Part shown: piece by piece, positions 57,518 to 64,000 of the stretch
How the letters are laid out: every line of letters starts with the position of its first letter
How positions within the stretch are numbered: the first letter of the stretch is position 1
Origin: Escherichia coli
GTDB taxonomy: Bacteria > Pseudomonadota > Gammaproteobacteria > Enterobacterales > Enterobacteriaceae
NCBI RefSeq assembly: GCF_013122565.1
Contig: NZ_CP053258.1
Length of the DNA: 64,000 bases
Strand: one strand, 5' to 3'
The notes under the pieces: generated by a model
Told to the model about the DNA's origin: nothing
Database searches by the model: none
The model's input: only the letters and a program-made list of their open reading frames with translations
Program-made: the position numbers and the translations under genes

Positions 57518-58966
57518 TTATTCTCCATGCTCATTTTTCTTCAGCTTGCGCATCAGAAGCCACATACGTACTGTCCTGACTTTTAAATCTTTATCAGAGA
57601 CGGATTCCTTCACCAGGTCAGCATGATGCTGGTAGCCATTAAAGAAGACATTCAGCACAACGGCGCTAAGGGTTGCGAGCATAATGCCGCTATGCAGCAG
57701 CGGTTGCAGTACGGCCGGTAACTTAGAAAAGAAATCGTGAGAGAGCGTTGGAGTCATGCCAACGCCGAGACTGATCGCCACAATATAGAGGTTGTAACGG
57801 TTGGTGGTGTAGTTACAGCGCGACAGAATTCGAATCCCTGTCGCCAGTACCATGCCGAACATCACCAGCCCAGCGCCGCCCAGCACAAATTGCGGAATGG
57901 AGGCTACCAGCACCGCCATTTTTGGCACCATGCCAAACAGGATTAATATAATTCCCGAAGAAATACACACCCAGCGGCTATGAACGCGCGTCACGCTAAC
58001 CAGGCCAACGTTTTGAGAAAATGACGTATGGGGGAAGCTGTTAAACGTTCCGCCTATCATTGTCCCTACGCCATCGACACGCAGCCCGCGAATAATATCG
58101 TGTGAAGAGAGTTTACGACCAACTATTTCACCCAGTGCCAGGAACATCCCCATCGACTCGATAAACACGATGATTAACACGGCAGTCATGGTCAGAATGG
58201 AAACGGGATCAAAAATCGGCATACCAAACGACATCGGCGTAACAATCGCAAACCATGAAGCATCATGTAGCCCGGATAAATTGACTTCATTCATCATCCA
58301 CGAAAGTAAAAAGCCAAATACAATCCCCAGTAATACGGCGACGTTGGACATAAATCCTTTCGCATAGCGAGTAATGAGCAAGATAAAAATTAAGACGGCA
58401 AAGGAGATACCTAAATAAACGGGATTACCATATTGCGGATTCCCTTTACCTCCGGCGGCCCAGTCAATACCCACCTGAATGATGCTAAGCCCGATAGAAG
58501 TAATAACCACACCGGTAACCAGTGGCGGAAATAAAGGCATCAAGCGACCGATAAGTGGCGCTAATAATGTGGTGATAAAACCCGCGGCGATAGTGGCACC
58601 AAATATCCCCAGCAGGCCGATATCCGGGTTCATCCCAATGGCTATCATTGGTGTTACAGCAGCAAAGGTCACCGACATAATCACCGGCAGGCGGATCCCC
58701 ATAAAGCGGCCGATACCGATACATTGCAATAATGTGACGATCCCGCAGCAAAAGAGATCCGAGCTAATGAGCATCGCAATAGCATCTTTTGAGAGGCCCA
58801 GTCGGTCACCAATCATAAGAGGAACAGCGACTGCACCTGCGTACATGACAAGGACGTGTTGCAGACCGAGTATGATCAGCTTTCCTGGTGATAATATGCG
58901 GTCAACCTCATCAGTTGGGCGGTCTTGCCCAGAAGATGAGGGAAGTTGGGAATCTATGGCGCTCAT
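57518..58966 (-). CDS. uacT: uric acid/xanthine permease (NCS2 family)
   Basis: 482 aa from MSAIDSQLPSSSG. Confidence 0.85.
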   Translation of the reverse strand: MSAIDSQLPSSSGQDRPTDEVDRILSPGKLIILGLQHVLVMYAGAVAVPLMIGDRLGLSKDAIAMLISSDLFCCGIVTLLQCIGIGRFMGIRLPVIMSVTFAAVTPMIAIGMNPDIGLLGIFGATIAAGFITTLLAPLIGRLMPLFPPLVTGVVITSIGLSIIQVGIDWAAGGKGNPQYGNPVYLGISFAVLIFILLITRYAKGFMSNVAVLLGIVFGFLLSWMMNEVNLSGLHDASWFAIVTPMSFGMPIFDPVSILTMTAVLIIVFIESMGMFLALGEIVGRKLSSHDIIRGLRVDGVGTMIGGTFNSFPHTSFSQNVGLVSVTRVHSRWVCISSGIILILFGMVPKMAVLVASIPQFVLGGAGLVMFGMVLATGIRILSRCNYTTNRYNLYIVAISLGVGMTPTLSHDFFSKLPAVLQPLLHSGIMLATLSAVVLNVFFNGYQHHADLVKESVSDKDLKVRTVRMWLLMRKLKKNEHGE

Positions 58967-59401
58967 CAGTGTTTCTCCTTTCGCCCGCCAGAGTAAAAAG
59001 CAACCGTTTACGTTAATGAAACTGTCTAAACACATGCTCGTGGAGTGCCAGTTTTTGCGAGGAAGGGGAGTTAGAGACAGGAATTGCGGAGGCAATCACA
59101 TAATCGTGCTTAAACCACGAAAATGACAAGAGAACCTGACAATGGAATTATCTGTAATTTTCTCATATTGATATTTCATTAATCATTCTGGCATGTCGCA
59201 CTCTCGCATTTAATCGTTTTTATCTGGATAGCGCTCTTTTGATCGGCAATGTTGAAATAATGAAAGCGGCATAGATTGAGGGGCAATAATTTGAACTCAG
59301 TCGCAAAATTATAATTAAAACGGTCATGCTACCTAATATATGCCCGTTTATTGCATCGCGAAATTTGAGAAGACATAACTCATTAAATGAAAGGGATGCA
59401 A

Positions 59402-61321
59402 ATGAATAAGTTTATCGCTGCTGAAGCTGCGGAATGTATAGGCTGTCATGCTTGTGAAATTGCCTGTGCGGTGGCACACAATCAAGAAAACTGGCCGCTG
59501 AGTCACAGTGACTTTCGACCACGTATCCACGTTGTAGGGAAAGGCCAGGCTGCGAATCCGGTGGCCTGCCATCACTGCAACAATGCCCCTTGCGTTACGG
59601 CTTGTCCGGTTAATGCTCTGACTTTCCAGTCCGATAGCGTACAACTGGACGAGCAAAAATGTATTGGTTGTAAAAGATGCGCAATCGCTTGCCCCTTTGG
59701 CGTCGTTGAGATGGTCGATACGATTGCGCAGAAATGCGACCTTTGTAACCAGCGCAGTTCCGGCACGCAAGCCTGTATTGAAGTTTGCCCAACACAGGCG
59801 TTACGACTGATGGACGATAAAGGGTTACAGCAGATAAAGGTGGCCCGCCAGCGCAAAACGGCAGCAGGAAAAGCGTCATCAGACGCTCAGCCATCTCGCA
59901 GTGCAGCGTTGCTCCCCGTTAACTCGCGTAAAGGCGCAGATAAAATTTCAGCAAGTGAACGGAAAAACCACTTTGGCGAAATCTATTGCGGGCTGGATCC
60001 ACAACAAGCGACTTATGAGAGTGACCGCTGTGTTTATTGTGCCGAAAAAGCTAACTGCAACTGGCATTGCCCGCTGCATAACGCTATTCCGGATTACATC
60101 CGTCTGGTACAGGAGGGAAAGATTATTGAAGCGGCAGAACTTTGCCACCAGACCAGTTCCTTACCAGAAATCTGCGGCAGGGTATGTCCACAGGACCGTC
60201 TTTGTGAAGGTGCATGTACTTTGAAAGATCACTCTGGCGCAGTCTCTATCGGTAATCTGGAACGCTACATCACCGATACCGCGCTGGCGATGGGCTGGCG
60301 TCCCGATGTCAGCAAAGTTGTTCCCCGTATCGAGAAAGTGGCGGTGATTGGCGCTGGGCCTGCAGGGTTAGGGTGTGCTGATATTCTGGCGCGCGCAGGA
60401 GTTCAGGTCGATGTCTTTGATCGCCATCCAGAAATTGGCGGTATGCTGACTTTTGGCATTCCTCCTTTCAAACTCGATAAAACGGTATTAAGCCAGCGGC
60501 GAGAGATATTCACCGCAATGGGAATCGACTTTCATCTTAACTGTGAAATTGGCCGCGATATTACCTTTAGCGATTTAACTTCTGAATATGATGCAGTTTT
60601 CATCGGCGTGGGGACTTACGGGATGATGCGAGCAGATCTGCCACATGAAGATGCGCCCGGTGTCATTCAGGCTCTACCGTTCCTGACTGCCCATACCCGC
60701 CAGCTCATGGGATTGCCGGAGTCTAAAGAGTATCCGCTGACGGACGTGGAAGGTAAGCGAGTCGTGGTATTGGGCGGTGGCGATACGACAATGGATTGTT
60801 TGCGGACTTCCATTCGCCTCAATGCTGCCAGCGTGACCTGCGCGTATCGTCGTGATGAAGTCAGTATGCCGGGCTCGCGCAAAGAGGTGGTCAATGCGCG
60901 CGAGGAAGGTGTCGAGTTTCAATTCAATGTTCAGCCGCAATATATCGCTTGTGACGAAGATGGGCGTTTAACTGCGGTGGGCCTGATTCGTACCGCCATG
61001 GGTGAGCCGGGGCCGGATGGTCGCCGTCGTCCTCGTCCGGTAGCGGGTTCAGAGTTTGAATTGCCCGCCGATGTTCTCATTATGGCCTTTGGTTTCCAGG
61101 CGCATGCCATGCCGTGGTTGCAGGGCAGCGGAATTAAACTCGATAAATGGGGCCTGATTCAAACCGGCGACGTTGGGTATTTACCTACCCAGACGCATCT
61201 GAAAAAAGTCTTTGCTGGTGGTGATGCAGTTCATGGCGCGGATCTGGTTGTCACTGCAATGGCCGCAGGAAGGCAGGCGGCGCGCGATATGTTAACTCTG
61301 TTTGATACGAAGGCATCGTGA
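59402..61321 (+). CDS. ygfT: Fe-S/FAD oxidoreductase (ferredoxin domain fused to glutamate-synthase-beta-like domain)
   Basis: 639 aa from [15 protein letters not shown]; several CxxCxxCxxxCP motifs. Confidence 0.9.
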
Positions 61322-61809
61322 TGAAATCGTTAATTATCGTTAATCCGGCTGACTGTATTGGCTGCCGTACTTGTGAAGTAGCCTGTGTGGTCGCTCACCC
61401 TTCAGAACAGGAGTTGAATGCCGATGTCTTTTTACCCCGGCTGAAGGTACAGCGATTGGACAGCATCAGTGCGCCGGTGATGTGCCATCAGTGTGAAAAC
61501 GCCCCTTGTGTTGGCGCTTGCCCCGTGGGGGCGCTGACGATGGGCGAGCAGGTGGTGCAGACCAATTCTGCCCGTTGTATTGGCTGTCAGAGTTGCGTCA
61601 GTGCGTGCCCGTTTGGAATGATCACCATTCAGTCGTTGCCGGGGGATACCCGGCAACAAATCGTGAAATGCGATCTCTGTGAACAGCGGGAAGAGGGGCC
61701 AGCCTGCGTTGAATCTTGCCCAACACAGGCGCTGCAGTTGCTTACTGAAAGAGAACTCAGGCGAGTCCGCCAGCAGCGTATTGTTGCCAGCGGTGAGAAT
61801 CCTCTGTGA
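61321..61809 (+). CDS. ygfS: 4Fe-4S ferredoxin-like protein
   Basis: 162 aa; ATG overlaps ygfT stop (TGATG). Confidence 0.85.
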
Positions 61810-61813
61810 AAGA

Positions 61814-61842
61814 AATCTCCGCGCTGAAAGGCGCGGAGAATC
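61814..61842 (-). terminator. hairpin between convergent ygfS and ygfQ
   Basis: tctccgcgc tgaaag gcgcggaga; U-run on minus strand side. Confidence 0.5.
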
Positions 61843-61844
61843 TA

Positions 61845-63212
61845 TTAGATTGCCCAACCACCCGCGTAAAATGCGACCAGTGCGGCAGTAATGATCACCG
61901 TACCAATATTCAGCTTTTGCCATTCGCGTGCAAAGACGCGGCCTACGACCAGTGTCACAAAGCCCAGCATAATACCGGTAACGATATTACAAGTCAGAAC
62001 GATGAACACGGCACACACCAGGCCAGCCATAGCGTCAATAAAATCATTGAAATCCAGCTTCGAGACGTTACTTAACATCAGCAAACCCACGTACATCAGA
62101 GCGGGTGCAGTGGCGTAACCAGGGATCAAAAATGACAGCGGTGATAAGAACAGAATCAGCAGGAATAACGCCCCCACTACGGTTGCGGTTAACCCTGTTT
62201 TACCCCCGGCGGCGGTTCCTGCCGCTGATTCGATATAAACCGCTGCGGGCGCTGCGCCCACCAGACCGGAGAATATTGAACTTACTGAGTCACTGGTCAG
62301 GGCTTTGCCGCCGTTGATGATCTGGTTGTCTTTATCCAACAAATTCGCCTGACCGGCGACAGCACGGATGGTGCCAGTAGCGTCGAACACTGCGGTCATC
62401 ACCAATGCCAGTACACTCGGAAGTACAGTTGGCTGGAGTGCGCCCATAATATCGAGGCTGAAAATCAGAGACTTACCATCTTCGCCAGTCAGGCTTGGCA
62501 TCGCCACCAGACCGTGGTATTTCACCGCTGGGTCAAAGATTAAGCCGATGATCGAAATTGCAATAATCACCAACAAGATCCCGCCGGGTACGCGACACTT
62601 CTCCAGACCGAAGATGACCGCCAGCCCCAGCAAGCTCATCATCACCGGGAAGGAGGTAAACGCACCGAGCGCCACTGGCAAGCCTTCAATCGGGTTTTTG
62701 ATAACCATACCCACACCGTTAGCAGCAATCAGCAGCAGAAACAGCCCGATACCGATACCTGTACCGTGAGCGATACCCATCGGCAAATTACGTAAGATCC
62801 AGGTACGCACACCGGTTACGGAAATGGCGGTGAAGATGACGCCCATCAGAAAGACCGCGCCCAGTGCGACAGGAACGCTAATTTGTTGCCCGAGTACCAG
62901 ACTGAATGCGGTAAACGCCGTCAGGGAAATCGCGCAACCAATCGCCATTGGCAAATTGGCCCATAACCCCATCAGCAACGAGCCGAAGCCCGCGACCAGA
63001 CAGGTGGCAACAAACACAGCTGCGGGAGGAAAACCTGCTTTGCCCAGCATTCCCGGAACAACGATAACGGAATAAACCATGGCCAGAAAGGTCGTTAAGC
63101 CAGCCAGTACTTCCTGACGAACGGTACTGCCACGAGCGGTAATTTTAAAATAATTATCCAGCGCGCCCTGTGGCTTTGGTGCGTCCGGTGTTTGTAGGAT
63201 GTCTCCAGACAT
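61845..63212 (-). CDS. ygfQ: purine permease (NCS2 family)
   Basis: 455 aa. Confidence 0.85.
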   Translation of the reverse strand: MSGDILQTPDAPKPQGALDNYFKITARGSTVRQEVLAGLTTFLAMVYSVIVVPGMLGKAGFPPAAVFVATCLVAGFGSLLMGLWANLPMAIGCAISLTAFTAFSLVLGQQISVPVALGAVFLMGVIFTAISVTGVRTWILRNLPMGIAHGTGIGIGLFLLLIAANGVGMVIKNPIEGLPVALGAFTSFPVMMSLLGLAVIFGLEKCRVPGGILLVIIAISIIGLIFDPAVKYHGLVAMPSLTGEDGKSLIFSLDIMGALQPTVLPSVLALVMTAVFDATGTIRAVAGQANLLDKDNQIINGGKALTSDSVSSIFSGLVGAAPAAVYIESAAGTAAGGKTGLTATVVGALFLLILFLSPLSFLIPGYATAPALMYVGLLMLSNVSKLDFNDFIDAMAGLVCAVFIVLTCNIVTGIMLGFVTLVVGRVFAREWQKLNIGTVIITAALVAFYAGGWAI

Positions 63213-63247
63213 AATGATGTCCTCACGAGGATGTTAAAGTTTTATTA

Positions 63248-64000
63248 TTAGTTGCGTTCGTACACCAGACGACCATCAACGTAGGTGCGGTAGATCGAAC
63301 GGTCATCGCCCAACGTCATCATCACGAACAATTTGTCGACTAAAGAAACAGAGTTGTCATAGCGCAGCTGCTGTAGCGGAGTGGCGGTGGGTTCCATCAC
63401 CACGAAATCAGCCTCTTTGCCAGGTAAAAAGTTGCCAATCAAATCGTCAAGGCCCAGAGATTTCGCTCCGCCGAGCGTGGCCAGGTAAAACGCTTCATAT
63501 GCCGAGAGGCGATAGCCTTGTAATTGCAATACTTTGTAGGCTTCGTTCAGCGTTTGCAGCATGTTGAAAGTGGTTCCGGCACCAATATCCGTTCCCATGC
63601 CCACTTTGACTTTCTTCTGCCATGCTTTTTTCAGGTTGAATAAGCCGCTGCCGAGGTAAAGGTTGGAGGTCGGACAGAAAGCAATGCTGGATTTGGTTTC
63701 GCTGAGACGATCCCACTCTTTTTCTTCGAGATGGACGCAGTGAGCAAAGACACAGTTTTTACCGGTCAGGCCGTACTGATGGTAAACATCCAGATAACCA
63801 TCATGGTCAGGATAAAGCGATTTCACCCAGGCAATTTCATCTTTGTTTTCACAGAGATGGGTATGTACCCACGTATCCGGATATTCCTCTTTCAGGCGTT
63901 GCGCCATCGCCATCTGTTCAGGAGAAGAAGTAGGGGCGAAGCGTGGTGTAATCGCATATAGCAGACGACCATTTTTGTGCCAGCGTTCAATCAGTTCTTT
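63248..64000 (-). CDS. guaD: guanine deaminase, 3' part only (5' end beyond window)
   Basis: amidohydrolase C-terminal region ending ...YRTYVDGRLVYERN. Confidence 0.8.
   Translation of the reverse strand, partial: KELIERWHKNGRLLYAITPRFAPTSSPEQMAMAQRLKEEYPDTWVHTHLCENKDEIAWVKSLYPDHDGYLDVYHQYGLTGKNCVFAHCVHLEEKEWDRLSETKSSIAFCPTSNLYLGSGLFNLKKAWQKKVKVGMGTDIGAGTTFNMLQTLNEAYKVLQLQGYRLSAYEAFYLATLGGAKSLGLDDLIGNFLPGKEADFVVMEPTATPLQQLRYDNSVSLVDKLFVMMTLGDDRSIYRTYVDGRLVYERN

Noticed and set aside
59160-59240. Sigma-54-like -24/-12 promoter upstream of ygfT (tggcatgtcgcactctcgca)
   Set aside because: Spacing and the -12 element do not fit TGGCAC-N5-TTGCA.

Overview
This window is Escherichia coli chromosome, collinear with the K-12 region from guaD to loiP but in reverse-complement orientation. 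I identify nearly all large ORFs as conserved core genes: loiP, tktA, the cmtBA-yggPFDC cluster, epd-pgk-fbaA, mscS, argO, yggE, ygfI, the scpC-scpB-argK-scpA operon, argP, rpiA, serA, ygfA, ssrS (6S RNA), zapA, ygfB-pepP-ubiH-ubiI, gcvTHP, bglA, yqfB, yqfA, ygfZ, sdhE-ygfX, fldB, xerD-dsbC-recJ, prfB-lysS, idi, uacT, ygfT-ygfS, ygfQ and the 3' part of guaD. Against my memory of K-12 (not checked by alignment) the strain differs at several small accessory loci: (1) a DUF1266-like gene at the window start; (2) an SPFH/band-7 gene next to a tandem BIME/REP duplication between tktA and cmtB; (3) a five-gene ECF-type transporter operon headed by a PCC/DUF296-like protein between yggC and epd; (4) a LysR-controlled redox module between argP and rpiA, where K-12 has only the yqfE pseudogene remnant; (5) two tandem Ibs/Sib type I toxin-antitoxin units between serA and ygfA; (6) apparent absence of ygfF between gcvP and bglA. 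Two ERIC copies lie in inverted orientation about 15 kb apart. No CRISPR array, tRNA, rRNA, transposase or phage integrase was seen. The ECF/PCC operon is my best candidate for something undescribed, but this rests on domain recognition by eye. Gene starts are chosen from recalled protein lengths and ATG/GTG context.
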